A stretch of DNA of 63,934 nt, counting the filler, from Octopus bimaculoides (taxonomy: Eukaryota), in assembly GCF_001194135.2 (NCBI RefSeq). It is 6 parts of 6 records of this genome, joined end to end, with 100 filler letters (N's around TTAATTAATTAA, not from the genome) between each part and the next. Parts side by side here need not be neighbours in the genome. Positions count along the whole stretch, not along the records: positions 1 to 14,821 come from NC_068987.1; 5 more parts are not named here. One strand, written 5' to 3'. Below, in pieces: positions 1 to 14,365 of the stretch. The notes beneath the pieces are model-generated. The model saw nothing but the letters and a program-made list of their open reading frames with translations. It did not search any database and was not told the DNA's origin. A program made the translations under genes and the position numbers. The stretch's first letter is position 1; the number at the start of each line of letters is the position of its first letter.

Positions 1-1627
1 TATATATATATATATATGTATATCGTAAGATCAAAACGTGCAAAATAAATATCACTCTGAGAGCAGATAACTCAGTTCTAGTCATGGATGCCGCTGAGTG
101 TTTTTCTTTGAATATACCGATTCTTACCTACGCTAACATGAGTGAAATGGGTTTCCAGGCTGTTTTCTACAATCAGTTTTTACTTACAAGGTGTCGGTTA
201 ATCCAAGGCTATTGTAGAAGATATTCGTCCATTTTATGCACGACACTGTGGAAACGAATTTAGAACCAAATCGTTGTGCAGAAAGCTTCTAAACTAGATA
301 GCCATGCTTAAATCTATTTTTTCTATCTCGTTGCAGATATATACATCTGGTAAATACATACTTGGCTATTAATAATGTGAGTACCCGTATAAATGTTATG
401 AGTTACGAATTAATATGGACTGCAGACAATTTGGTATTTCTTTTAAATTACACCAAACAACTGCGAGTGACCAGAAAGACATTGGGAAATGCAGGCGCAG
501 AAAGTCATGCCTTGAAAAACAAATGGTTGGATGATTAAGGCTGGAATGCTGTGATCATAGTTCTGACTGATCAGGGGTGATCTGGGGCCAAACAACAATT
601 TAACCATAGCTTGTATTCATAGGCTATCTTACGGATTATGGGATCTCATCTTTACAATTATCTGCATTTTATACAATGCAGTTAAGTGTCTCACGGTTTT
701 GCATTCGAATGCTCTTTCGCTCAGGTTTTACTTAATCAAAGACGATGAAAGAGGTTATCAGTGAGTATGTCAGGGAAGAGTTATTGCCATATAATTATCT
801 ACTCGGCTTTTAGAGCGATGTTATCTCTGATCATCCCTTGCTGTTTTTCATTCGCTGTGTTTCGTGCGTGTACGTGCGTGCGTGTGCGTGTGTGTGTGTG
901 CGTGTGCGTGTGTATGTGTGCGTGCGTGTGCGTATCTGTGAAAACAGTGACAAATAGGGAAAAGTGAGTTGAAAGCATATGTTTGAGCGAAGCCAAAATA
1001 TTCCTGTGTAGAAACAGTGTGACTGCAGATAATCTGAGATCAAACCACTGAAAGCATAGTTGAGATCAAATTGCTGTCGTTTTAACAAAAGCTGGTAGTC
1101 ATAAATTAGAAACAAACTACCATTCCATTCACGAACCTCGATGAACTCTTGATCCAGTAATTAAGTCTCGCCGATCTAAAAAGATAAGAGACAGTTTCTC
1201 CTCGGAAAAGAAAGCAGCTTGTTTTGGTTGCTCTTTCATTATTAATCGGCGAAGTAAGGCGATGAGCTAGCAGAATCGTTAGCACATGGACAAAATGCTT
1301 AGCCGCGTTTGCTCGGGTGCTTTACATTCTGAGTTCAAATTCCAGCGAGGCTGACTTTGCCTTTCATCCTTTGCAGGTCGATAAAATAAGTACCAGTTGA
1401 GCACTGGAGTCGATGTGATCGCCTGACACCTTACTCCAAAATTTCAGGCCTTGTTTCTATAGCAGAAAGAATTGTTACGTCTGCAAGTAAGGTGCGAAGC
1501 TGGTGCGTCGACCAGAATGCTTAGCAACATTTCTTCCGATGTTTTACAGTCTGAGTTCAAATTCCAGTGAGGTTAACACTGCCTTTCATTTTCTTCGGGG
1601 TCGATAAAATAAAGTTCCACTATTGGC

Positions 1628-1786
1628 GTAAGAGTGGCTGTGTGGTAAGTAGCTTGCTTACCAACCACATGGTTCCGGGTTCAGACTCACTATGTGGCAC
1701 CTTGGGTAAGTGTCTTCTACTATAGCCTCGGGCCGACCAAAGCCTTGTGAGTGGATTTAGTAGACGGAAACTGAAAGAAGCCCATC

Positions 1787-1823
<37 letters not shown>

Positions 1824-2035
1824 TGTGTGTATGTTTGTGTGTCTGTGTTTGTCCCCCCCCCCCAACATCGCTTGACAACCGATGCTGGTGTGTTTACGTC
1901 CCCGTAACTTAGCTGTTCGGCAAAAGTGACCGATAGAATAAGTACTAGGCTTTAAAAAATGTCGTGGGGTCGACTTGCTCGACTAAAGGCGGTGCTCCAG
2001 CATGGCCAAAGTCAAATGACTGAAACAAGTAAAAG
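1628..2035 (+). mobile_element. SINE family A (~400 bp, tRNA head, CCTTGGGCAAGT CORE-like box, internal (TA)n(TG)n). Other copies: 10395+, 24690-24875(-), 32060-32455(-), 37870-38240(+), 40450-40900(-), 41750-42350(-), 43600-43860(-), 45010-45850(+), 46690-47090(-), 47370-47800(+), 54500-54760(-)
   Basis: Near-identical ggagtggctgtgtggtaagtagcttgc...ggttcagtccc head and ...gaaacaagtaaaagag tail in many copies. Confidence 0.9.
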
Positions 2036-3148
2036 AGAGAGTGCCAAAATGAGAAAGAATGATTACGTCAGCAAGTATAGTGAAATTCAAAAGCTACGTT
2101 TAACTGATGAGGTGAGAATAAGATCGAAACAATTATGGAATTTTCTTCCGTAATCACTGGCATCTAATACGTTTATTTCTATTTTCTTTTGTGAGCATCC
2201 CTGTAAAAATGTAAACAAACATATATTCCCTGATATTTTGGCACCTGTTGCCAATGAGTAGATTAAACAAGAAGAATATATTTATCTATGCAGAGACATA
2301 ACCAAATGCTTGTAATGGATGTGAACTGCGAACCAACTGAAGTCAAATACTGCAAGATATCCGCCATTTCACCTATTCCATCATAGAATAACTCGTTATA
2401 AATTAATAACCAATTATAAATTGATACAGACGAGATTGCTTATTTGATTTTACCTGCGCCATCTTCACACACAGACAAAAAAAGAAAAACAGGAGTGTTT
2501 CTATAAAAATAAGTCATTATTTTGATGTCATGTGGTTATTCTGCAGAGAAATATCATTTTCATCCAAGAGTAATTTTCGTCGAATCATGAATGCTAAAGA
2601 ATTGAAACAATTCCAGCTGGGTGATAATGGTTTCCAATATGTTGCGATCTCTCAGTTTGAAGCAGATATATGACTATAAATTAAAATTTATCTTAGTAAA
2701 CATTCTTTCACTAGAGGATTCCCGCTGTTACACATCTGTCACATATACATATAACGATTCACTTCATAAAATGACTGATTAACATCAGCCCTTGTTATTT
2801 ATATATTGAATTCAGCATTTATCATTTTTCTATTTGTCGCTTCACCAATCCCTGCCATTGTTCCTAGATTTTCTTTTTTTTTTTTTTTCATTTCTTATTT
2901 CCGTCAACACCTCCGCATTTGGATTGATTTTGTAATAGTGCCATTTCGCTGCACCTTCTAATTTATTTTCTAAGCCCGTTGATAAACATAGGAAGAAGCT
3001 GGTAATTTGATCGCTTTGGATAACACATGCCAGATGAAGTGAAACAAATTAAAATTCAAGACAAGGTTTTATAGGGACTTTTCGCGGTGATCCAGAAGTA
3101 TGACTTCCTTGATCGTGTTTATAATGTCACGAATGTTAGAGACAGCAA

Positions 3149-3208
<60 letters not shown>

Positions 3209-4909
3209 CAGCAGCAGTAGTCAGCGGCGGCAGCGAGCTGGCAGAACCGTTAGAGCGTCGGATCAAACGCTTAGCGGCATTTCTTCCGGTTCTTTACGTT
3301 CTGTGTTCAAATTCTGCCGAGGTCGACTTCGACAAAATAAGTACCAGTTGAACACTTGGGTTTATGTGAGCAATTTAAGCCCTGCACTAAACAACAACAA
3401 CAACGACAATAACAAATTCAAGCTTACGAGTGAAACGATACATTGTTATACAACCAGAAGTCGAAGCGACATTTCCATTAACCAGAACAGAAAGAGAGAG
3501 AGTAGCATCCACGAAAGTTTGCAGGGTTCCAAAACGGAGGATGTTATCTGCAGGCCGAAGACCCAACTAAATTATTTGCAACAGAGCAAACTCTGCTAAA
3601 GGCTAACCCAAAGGGCAAGTGGCAGTGCTAAACCGAGCGACGGATTAAGTCAACTTCCATGTTTGTATCGACAACGATATCTGCCGACAATATTATCTTA
3701 ACAACTAATTCGGAATAAATTATGAGATTCATCAGAAGTGTACACAATTCAGCTTATATTTTCTCTGTAGATTGAATGGCGGGAAATTATTTACTTTGCA
3801 CTGCAACAGTCATGAGAAAACTAAATAGAATTCTTCTTTAGAGCTACCGAAACGTAGCTATATTTATCAAATTCTAGTCAACATTTCCAGTACTCCGAAC
3901 CAAGCCAAATTGAATCACGCTTCAGTGCCACATACATTTACCAATTTGTGCCAACGCCCGCACAAGAGATCAAATTATTTCTGTTCATCTTTCTCCAAGA
4001 AACACAATAATTTTAATCTAGGCTCTTGACATACTTTTTTTTTTATGTAAATGGCATTAGAAAACAGTTGTCCAGTATGGGATATCATTACTGAAATAGA
4101 CGGCTCTGCTTGATGCAGTCAATAAGTGTGATAAATAAACTAACATATTCGACAGCCATTTTAAACACTCATTTTATATAAGATTGACAACAATAGTAGA
4201 TAGAGGCATGTCAAGAAATCTAATCCTCCAACAGGAAATAGATCGTTATTTGATAGACAGGTTTTTCCGAAAGTTATTTCTGTTACACGACGAAGAGCAA
4301 TATAAGTAAAAAATCCTGCTTAAGTAAACATATATGATCCAGTTTCAGTTCCCAATTCTAGCGATTTCACTCCATTTACGTTGCTAATTCTCTAAGAAGA
4401 AGAAAAAAATGGACTTCCTACTTATCTATCCCTGTCTTTGCATCTGGGTGAATAAAATCAATTATCACGACAGAATGAGTCAGAGTAACTGCTAATGTCC
4501 ACTAAATATATGTATTTTATATTTTTGCTGCCTCTTGTACTTATTCCATTTTATTGACACAGCTAATTATCGCAGACAAGCATGCACATCACAAAATCAC
4601 ACAACTTAGCGAACGGAATAACCGTTTAATTATCAAGTGAACTCTCTCTTTAAAACCAGAAATAAGCCCTAGGAAAATCAAATGTATGATACGTTTATTT
4701 ATATATGTTTTGTATTTTTTATCCAGCGGTGTCGTTGATTATAGGTTCCCGATGGACCAAGCACTGGTTCTTAACATTTCATAGCGTGAGTTGAAAGGAA
4801 TAAAAACAAAATGTATATTTTTCGGACAATAGAACAATGAAGTATTATTGTTTAACACATTACTTTATCGGCTATTTTTTTCTTCGATATGAACATCTTT
4901 CACAAACAC

Positions 4910-4947
<38 letters not shown>

Positions 4948-5028
4948 CCATGTGCCAGCAGATAGCAATACCTTACATTCTGAGTTCAAGTCACAGAGGT
5001 TAACTTTGCCTCTCATCCATTCAGGGTT

Positions 5029-5067
<39 letters not shown>

Positions 5068-5799
5068 CCCTACTAATACAAGGCGATGGATTAGCAGAAC
5101 AGAAAGAATGTCGGATCGGATGCCTGGTACTATTTGTTCCGTTTCTTTTTTTTTTTTTTTTTTTTTTTTGCGTTCTGTGTTCAAATCCCGTTATGGTCTT
5201 CTTATGCGGAAGACTTAATCCATAACCTAGATGAAAGCCACTACGTGCGAACTTCATTGACTTCAACGAAGTTGACTCTGTTACAGGTGTTTCGGGCTAG
5301 ATCACCAGACTGAGGATAACATACGACTTTCTAAACAATCTAAGAAGATCTTGTAAAAGGTCATATCATAGATATATATAAACGAAGAGAGGGATAGGTG
5401 GCGGAGAATGAGAGAGGGAGAAAGAGAGAAAGAGTGAACATAGAATCAAGTGGTGTGAGAGTTAAAGATAGATTTATTTTTCTATACCACTTCCATATGA
5501 TTACAGCCGTTTCGTAACCTTCATCATGTGATATTATAAATTTCGGTATGCGAAATTATATGTAGATGTTTACATTAATACGTTTAGTATGTTTAGTATT
5601 ATACAATAAAATTGCATATTCACAAATTGAAGCAGATAAAGAATGTTAATTCATCATACCACCGGAGCATCACTTCTTTCTCTCTCTCTCCCTCTATCTC
5701 CCCCTCCCCCTCTCCTCCTCTCTCTCACGTACAACCTCAGTCTATGCATGCATACATGCATATGCCTTATATATACATATCTCTCTATCTATCTATCTA

Positions 5800-5843
<44 letters not shown>

Positions 5844-6919
5844 GATATGCAGGGCAGGGAATCATCAATTAGTAATAAAATTAATAATTAACAATTCTGC
5901 CGGGTAGCTCAGTATGAAAAAAACCTTCTTCGGTAAAATTTATAATCATAAATATATAGGGATTGACAGTAACCTGCTTCTCCAACATACTGAGAATTCA
6001 GAAATAGCAGTCAAAGAACTACTGATTTCAAAACTACAAATTATTACTCCAGATTGATAGCGATATTTTTGATACACACAGAACAAAAAACAATAGAGAA
6101 GAGTAAAAAACACTTGCCTTTAGTTAATTTAGTACAATTGTTTCACAGTTAAGNNNNNNNNNNNNNNNNNNNNNNNNNNNNNNNNNNNNNNNNNNNNNNN
6201 NNNNNNNNNNNNNNNNNNNNNNNNNNNNNNNNNNNNNNNNNNNNNNNNNNNNNNNNNNNNNNNNNNNNNNNNNNNNNNNNNNNNNNNNNNNNNNNNNNNN
6301 NNNNNNNNNNNNNNNNNNNNNNNNNNNNNNNNNNNNNNNNNNNNNNNNNNNNNNNNNNNNNNNNNNNNNNNNNNNNNNNNNNNNNNNNNNNNNNNNNNNN
6401 NNNNNNNNNNNNNNNNNNNNNNNNNNNNNNNNNNNNNNNNNNNNNNNNNNNNNNNNNNNNNNNNNNNNNNNNNNNNNNNNNNNNNNNNNNNNNNNNNNNN
6501 NNNNNNNNNNNNNNNNNNNNNNNNNNNNNNNNNNNNNNNNNNNNNNNNNNNNNNNNNNNNNNNNNNNNNNNNNNNNNNNNNNNNNNNNNNNNNNNNNNNN
6601 NNNNNNNNNNNNNNNNNNNNNNNNNNNNNNNNNNNNNNNNNNNNNNNNNNNNNNNNNNNNNNNNNNNNNNNNNNNNNNNNNNNNNNNNNNNNNNNNNNNN
6701 NNNNNNNNNNNNNNNNNNNNNNNNNNNNNNNNNNNNNNNNNNNNNNNNNNNNNNNNNNNNNNNNNNNNNNNNNNNNNNNNNNNNNNNNNNNNNNNNNNNN
6801 NNNNNNNNNNNNNNNNNNNNNNNNNNNNNNNNNNNNNNNNNNNNNNNNNNNNNNNNNNNNNNNNNNNNNNNNNNNNNNNNNNAGGAAAAAGACAAAAAAA
6901 AAAAAACAAAAAAACAACA

Positions 6920-7150
6920 ACGTGACCACGTAATACACATTGTGTTACTAGACGCTCGGGAAAGGAAAGAAAGAGAATATGACGTTTCGAGCGGAGCTCT
7001 TCGTCGGAAACAAAGAAAATCCAAAGAAGGGAAAAACGGAGGAAGGAAAAATCGCCACCGATATCCACGAGGTTACATTGTGGAAGGACCGGAAGGGAAA
7101 GGGTGGAGGAAAAGTTCTATCTAAGACAGGAGAGTGCAAGAGGGAGGTAA
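6920..7150 (-). mobile_element. Penelope pLTR-like repeat with decayed hammerhead; homologue at 11090-11320, relative at 15560-15780
   Basis: Minus strand cCGACGA-agagctccgctc-GAAACGTC at 7007-6981; collinear similarity with 11090-11320. Confidence 0.55.
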
Positions 7151-7175
7151 GCATATGTGCGTGCGCGCGGGTCCG

Positions 7176-7206
<31 letters not shown>

Positions 7207-7594
7207 TTGTGTGTGTGTATATATACACGCACACACAAATATACATACAGACATACATATATACAGATATATACATATANNNNNNNNNNNNNNNNNNNNN
7301 NNNNNNNNNNNNNNNNNNNNNNNNNNNNNNNNNNNNNNNNNNNNNNNNNNNNNNNNNNNNNNNNNNNNNNNNNNNNNNNNNNNNNNNNNNNNNNNNNNNN
7401 NNNNNNNNNNNNNNNNNNNNNNNNNNNNNNNNNNNNNNNNNNNNNNNNNNNNNNNNNNNNNNNNNNNNNNNNNNNNNNNNNNNNNNNNNNNNNNNNNNNN
7501 NNNNNNNNNNNNNNNNNNNNNNNNNNNNNNNNNNNNNNNNNNNNNNNNNNNNNNNNNNNNNNNNNNNNNNNNNNNNNNNNNNNNNNNNNNNNNN

Positions 7595-7632
<38 letters not shown>

Positions 7633-8216
7633 ATGAAAAAGCCATTACATTTTCAGTTGCTTTATTTCTTTGTACTTGATGGCTAAAATCTAGATGTGTG
7701 TGTGCCCGCGCACACGCGTACCATTTACGTAATTAAAACAACATTAAATAAAAATAGCCATGTAGTATACTTTAGGTATATTAATAGATAACAGGAATGA
7801 TGCGGTAGGTTTTGCGTGAGAAAAAAACCTCTTCATATACATGCTGTGTTAAATGCACAATATATATCTGTATTATAATGCAGCAAGCTGCTTATTAATT
7901 AGGTATGTAACAGTTACTAAAAGGAAACAATTATTAAAAGCTTGACCGCCTGCAAATTTTTTTTTTATAAATTCATGTTCCTAGAAATTTCCTGTAATTT
8001 AGATTTTTGAAGGTTATTGAATATTTGAACTACACGCTTTTCACATATTTAAATATTCGTTGTATTCACTGCGAAGTAGATTTAATAAAGAAAATATAAA
8101 TTCGTTGCAGGCGAAATTTTCCGTTTTCATTTGCAACAATCCCTCATTGTCTCTTGCCTATATTTTCTTTAATGATAATTCAATATACATTCATTTCAGT
8201 GTTTTCATTTCAAGTG

Positions 8217-8283
<67 letters not shown>

Positions 8284-9364
8284 TAGATAGATAGATAGAT
8301 ATAAAATAGTGTACATTTATACACAAGAGAAAATTGCCTTCAACAGTCAGTTTTTACACGCTAGAAGAAGTAGTCAAAAACGACCAAAACCACATTTTAA
8401 GAGCAATCTTCAAAAGGAATGAAAGATAAAACTTTTACTTTGTTATTATATTCCGGTCAGACCTAGGTTTCTAAATTATTTTATTTGCTAATAAATCTGG
8501 AAACCGGGTCTATGAGCCTGGCTAGGCTTTAGAAGGGCGAAGAAGAAGAATACATAGATTAGAATTGGGTCCCTAGATACTTGAGGCATGTCTTTGGTGG
8601 AGTTCACTCTGTTGCTGGAGTTTGCACCAGGATTCCAGTATCAGGATAATTTTTATTACTTCTCAATATACTTGAAACCCCCTGCGAATAGAAGTTGGAT
8701 GCTGCCATTTGCCTCTGACAAAGCAGGATAAAAAATAAATAAACTATAAAAGTTTATAACCAAAGTAGGCATTGTATATAAATATGACACAGAAGAGTTA
8801 AGTTTTCCCAAATCAACAAGCAACGCCAATTAAGCAATTATTTCAGTCGAAGAATTCGAAAACAAATGAGAATAAAATTTGAAACTGCAATACATACTTA
8901 AGAGAACTAAATGGTACTAACTATTCTGCTGCTGCTGCTGCTGCTATTGTTGTTGTTGTTGTTGTTTTCTTCGTGGTGTTTTTTTGTTCATGTTGTTGTT
9001 GTTGCTGCTGCTGTCGTTGCTATTGTTACGGTTACGGCTGCTGTTACTCTTGTTTCGTTGTTGTTGATGTGGTGGTGGGTGTTTATTTTTATTTTGTGTT
9101 GTATTTTTCTCTTATTTTTTTAAACTTTTTCTTCCAGACATTTTCATTCCTTAATTCCATATTACCCCATAACACAAATGCAATGAAGGAAATGAGGTCA
9201 AACATATCCCTACTTTAAAGGATCTATTTATAAGATAGCAAATTCCAAATATAACAACTACGACAAATGTATGATAATTCCTAATATAGAATGACAATGT
9301 AAAAATTGATGTCACTTCAATTACATATATCTTAAAACAACCAGCCGAAACTGTTTAAATATTG

Positions 9365-10290
9365 GTTTCAAATTCGAGCACAAGGCCAGCAAATCCGGGG
9401 AAGGGAGTTAGTCGATTAGATCGCCCTCAATGCTCAGCTGGTACTTTTTACTGACCCCGAAAAGATAAAAGGCAAAGTCGACCTCAGTGGTATTTAAAAC
9501 TCAGAACGTAAAGACGGACGAAATGTCGCTAAGCATTTTGACCGGCGTGCTAATGCTTTTGCCAGATCACCGCTTTAAACTGTTTAGATATTGATATCAT
9601 ATTTTGGCGCAAGACCAGCATGAGAGACAGTCGATTAGATAGCCCCAAATGCTCAACTGGTACTTATTTTATCGACCCCGAAAGGAAGAAAAACAAAGTT
9701 GATCTCAGTGCATTTGAACTCAGAGCATAAAGGCGGACGAAATACTGTTAAGCGTTTTCCCCGGCTTGTTAACGATTCTGCAAGCTCGCCGCCTCAAACC
9801 GTTTGAATGTTGGATGATTATCTAATAGAAAACTGTTATAATTTTATTTTTCTAAATCATTATTATTGTTATTGTTATTGTCAAGGCGGCGAGCTGTTAG
9901 AATCGTTAGCACACTGCTACGTTCTGAGTTCCAATTTCACCGAGCTCGACTTTACCTTTAATCCTTTCGGGGTCGATAAAATAAGTACCAGTTGAATACT
10001 GGGGGTCGATGTAATCGACTCATCCTCACCTCTCCCAAGCTGCCCTTGTGGCAAAAATTTAAAAGAAGGCAGCGAGCTAGCAGAATCGTTAACACACCGG
10101 GCGAAATGCTTAACAGTATTTCGTCTGCCACTACGTTCTGAGTTCAAATTCTGCCGAGGTCGACTTTACCCTTCATCCTTGCGGGGTCGATGAAATAAGT
10201 ACCAGTTACGCACTGGTTTTGATTTAATCGACTATCCCTCTTCCCCACCAAAAACATTTCAAGGTCTTGTGCTTAAAGTAGAAATAATCA
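9365..10290. mobile_element. Four SINE family B copies (~200 bp) arranged (-)(-)(+)(+). Others at 1250-1620, 3230-3400, 10730-10900, 18230-18435, 20300-20510, 21775-21950, 33150-33355, 34130-34330, 34460-34645, 50445-50670, 51220-51400, 53630-53805, 56275-56480, 60100-60670
   Basis: Consensus ggcggcgagctggcagaatcgttagc...gagttcaaattccgccgaggtcgactttgcctttcatcctttcggggtcgataaaataagtaccag. Confidence 0.9.
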
Positions 10291-10535
10291 TTATTGTTAT
10301 TGTCATTAAAAGAGCTACGAAGTCAGTAAGATGGCAGGTCCTTGTTCGTCCCTTTTTGTAATGCCTTTATGGCAAATATTTATGAAATAAAGTAGCTGCT
10401 TACCAATCACATGGTTCCGGGTTCAGTCTCACTGCGTGGCACCTTGGGCAGGTGTCTTCTACTATAGCCTCGGGCCGACCAAAGCCTTGTGAGTGGATTT
10501 GGCAGACGGAAACTGAAAGAAACCCGTCGTATATA

Positions 10536-10566
<31 letters not shown>

Positions 10567-10705
10567 NNNNNNNNNNNNNNNNNNNNNNNNNNNNNNNNNN
10601 NNNNNNNNNNNNNNNNNNNNNNNNNNNNNNNNNNNNNNNNNNNNNNNNNNNNNNNNNNNNNNNNNNNNNNNNNNNNNNNNNNNNNNNNNNNNNNNNNNNN
10701 NNNNN

Positions 10706-10736
<31 letters not shown>

Positions 10737-10968
10737 GTTTGGTAGCATTTCTTTCGACAGAGTTCACATACTGCCGAGGTCAAGTTTGCCTTTCTTCTTT
10801 CCCGAGTCGATGAAATAAAATACCAGTCAAGCACTGGAGTGGCTGCAATTCACTAACACCTCCCCTTAACATTGTTGCTCCTTTTGCCAATATTTGAATC
10901 AATTAATAACGAAGCGATGGACTGGCAGAATTATTACAACGTTGGTCAAAATATCTTTTTCGAGTTTC

Positions 10969-10999
<31 letters not shown>

Positions 11000-12830
11000 T
11001 GTATGTATGTATGTATGTATGTATGTATGTATGTATTCAATCCAAACATGAACAAGCAAGAAGAAACACGAAAAAACAACTACCCGAGGACATGGAATAA
11101 GTACAGTGTTATTGGACGCTCAGGAAAGGAAAGAAAAGAAAGAGGATTTCACGTTCCGAGCGGAGCTCTTCACCAGAAATATAGAAAAAGCCCAAAGAAG
11201 GGAAAACGGGGAAAGAAAATCGCCAAGGATATACACGCGGTCACATATTGAAATGACCGGAAGGGAAAGGGTGGAGAAATACTTCTTTTCAAAGACAGGA
11301 GAGTGCAAGAGAAGGAGGTATGTATGTGTGTGTATGTATGTATGTATGTATGTAAGTAAGTCTGTTTGTGGTTATTGGCAAAAGAGATCGATAGAATAAG
11401 TGTCAAATTTAAATATATGTGCTGGGTCGATTTGTTCAACAAAGTCCTTCAAAGTGATGCTACAGTATGGCCACAGTCTAATGACTGAATCAAGTAAAAA
11501 GTAAATGGTTACGTATTATACAACGTCTTCAAATCTCCCTCCCCATCAACTTTCTGTAAGTTATCGCCTCAGCTCCATACAACCTTTCTAAAAAAAAAAA
11601 ACCCTGTTTAAGGTTTCTCGGCGTCAGAAATATGAAGGAACTTCTACCGAAATATTAAAAAAGACTATGGATAAGAATTTAAAGACGATTCTGGACCAAC
11701 CAACCATTCAAAGATACATCCAGAGAAGATCAGCTGCAATTAAATTCAATCATAGACCAAATTCCAACCATAATTCCAACAAAACCGAAAGAAAATAAAC
11801 CATGGCGGTGCTCCAGCATGGCCGTAGTCCTACGAATTAAACCGTTAAAAGAAAAAAAAGATCATCTTGTTTTCGTCGTCATCTTTGTTGTCGTCGCTGT
11901 CATCATCATCATCATCATTTTATAAATCTATCTTTATTTCCTCCCCTCCTCAATCGAATTACTCTAGCCTCCTCTGGCATCTCTCATCATCATCATCATC
12001 ATCCTTCTCTTGTCCATCCTCCTCCNNNNNNNNNNNNNNNNNNNNNNNNNNNNNNNNNNNNNNNNNNNNNNNNNNNNNNNNNNNNNNNNNNNNNNNNNNN
12101 NNNNNNNNNNNNNNNNNNNNNNNNNNNNNNNNNNNNNNNNNNNNNNNNNNNNNNNNNNNNNNNNNNNNNNNNNNNNNNNNNNNNNNNNNNNNNNNNNNNN
12201 NNNNNNNNNNNNNNNNNNNNNNNNNNNNNNNNNNNNNNNNNNNNNNNNNNNNNNNNNNNNNNNNNNNNNNNNNNNNNNNNNNNNNNNNNNNNNNNNNNNN
12301 NNNNNNNNNNNNNNNNNNNNNNNNNNNNNNNNNNNNNNNNNNNNNNNNNNNNNNNNNNNNNNNNNNNNNNNNNNNNNNNNNNNNNNNNNNNNNNNNNNNN
12401 NNNNNNNNNNNNNNNNNNNNNNNNNNNNNNNNNNNNNNNNNNNNNNNNNNNNNNNNNNNNNNNNNNNNNNNNNNNNNNNNNNNNNNNNNNNNNNNNNNNN
12501 NNNNNNNNNNNNNNNNNNNNNNNNNNNNNNNNNNNNNNNNNNNNNNNNNNNNNNNNNNNNNNNNNNNNNNNNNNNNNNNNNNNNNNNNNNNNNNNNNNNN
12601 NNNNNNNNNNNNNNNNNNNNNNNNNNNNNNNNNNNNNNNNNNNNNNNNNNNNNNNNNNNNNNNNNNNNNNNNNNNNNNNNNNNNNNNNNNNNNNNNNNNN
12701 NNNNNNNNNNNNNNNNNNNNNNNNNNNNNNNNNNNNNNNNNNNNNNNNNNNNNNNNNNNNNNNNNNNNNNNNNNNNNNNNNNNNNNNNNNNNNNNNNNNN
12801 NNNNNNNNNNNNNNNNNNNNNNNNNNNNNN

Positions 12831-12917
12831 ACCACCAATACTACTACCACCACCACCAATACTACTACCACCACCACCACCACCAATACTACTACCACCA
12901 CCACCAATACTACTACC

Positions 12918-12985
<68 letters not shown>

Positions 12986-13035
12986 CAACACTACTACTAC
13001 TACTACCACCACCAACAACACTACTACTACTACTA
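12831..13035. repeat. Compound (CAC)n/(TAC)n trinucleotide repeat
   Basis: Directly visible. Confidence 0.95.
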
Positions 13036-14018
13036 CTTGTCATACTATGAGTCTCTTCTTCCTTTCTCTCATCCTCCTTCTCTATGCGTGTGCCTGTGTG
13101 CGTCTCTCTGTCTCTCTGTCTCTCTCCCTCTCCGTCTCTCTTAGATTCGAACAATTGTGACAAAGCCGAACAAAGTCATGTTTTATTTCTCTTCACGCGA
13201 TTATATTTGTTGGTCAGGGAGGGTCAACATGCTAAGCGAACGAGTCATGTTTCCGTCCTTCTGTGTGGCGCCAGGGTGCCAGGAATCTAGGGTCGAAGCT
13301 TTACACTGGTAGACCCGATAAGANNNNNNNNNNAGGAATCTAGGGTCGAAGCTTTACACTGGTAGACCCGATAAGAGAATTTGAGGAAGACCTATTGAAT
13401 GTGTGGCTTTACTTGTTGTGGAATCAGCAGCTACACACTTACAGTCTACCACGCGAACTACCACAACTCCGCCCTCCACCCCACAAGTCTTTCAGTCTTT
13501 TACTATATATACACTGAGGAATTATTTTGCTTGTTTGGTTGGTTGTTCTAGCTTTGTTTACAGTTCTTGTAATTGTTGTTGTTTTATATTTCCCCAATTT
13601 TCTTTTATTTCTATTTTATTTATTTTTCTTACATTTTTTAGTCGGCACCACTTCATACGGCCAATTTCCTTTACGGGAAGAAAGAGAACTGAGAGAGTGA
13701 GTGAGTGAGTGAGTGAGTAATGGTTACCTCCTGAAAGAAACACGTAAACACTTGCAGACTAAAGAACTAACAACAAAGCCATAAGTGACTCGCTCATCTA
13801 TGTATTTATATATGAATTCATTCATCCGTTCTGCCATTCATAATTACACGCATAACTCCGCTGGAGTAGACTCCATCAATTCGATGTTGATTAAGCACTC
13901 TGTCGAATAAGAACATATATCGGTAATGCACTGTGATTTAATCGATCGGCTCAACCAAAACTGGAGTTCCCGGTGTAAGATTATTTTTATCATTATTGTT
14001 ATTATTATTATCACCGTA

Positions 14019-14071
<53 letters not shown>

Positions 14072-14320
14072 AATTTATTAATATTGTTTACATCGCGGAA
14101 GAGAACTAACTATGCATTCGAATTCGTTTGTGTCATTTTGTTAACGATCATGTCTATTAATTCTATTCAAGAACATTTAATTGGAATTAGATATTTGTAA
14201 GGTAGGGGAAGCGTTTAAAGCCTCTCTCTCTCTCTCCCTCTCACTCTCTTTCTCTCTCTCTCTCTCCCTCTCTCTNNNNNNNNNNNNNNNNNNNNNNNNN
14301 NNNNNNNNNNNNNNNNNNNN

Positions 14321-14365
<45 letters not shown>

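Noticed and set aside
2588-2675. YVAISQFEA resembling the aminopeptidase N TQFE motif
   Set aside because: Immediately followed by a stop, with no ARxAFPC continuation or splice donor.
13290-13375. Exact duplications flanking short gaps (also 29683-30097, 40660-40715, 45110-45600)
   Set aside because: Typical of overlapping contig ends joined across a gap, so probably artefacts.
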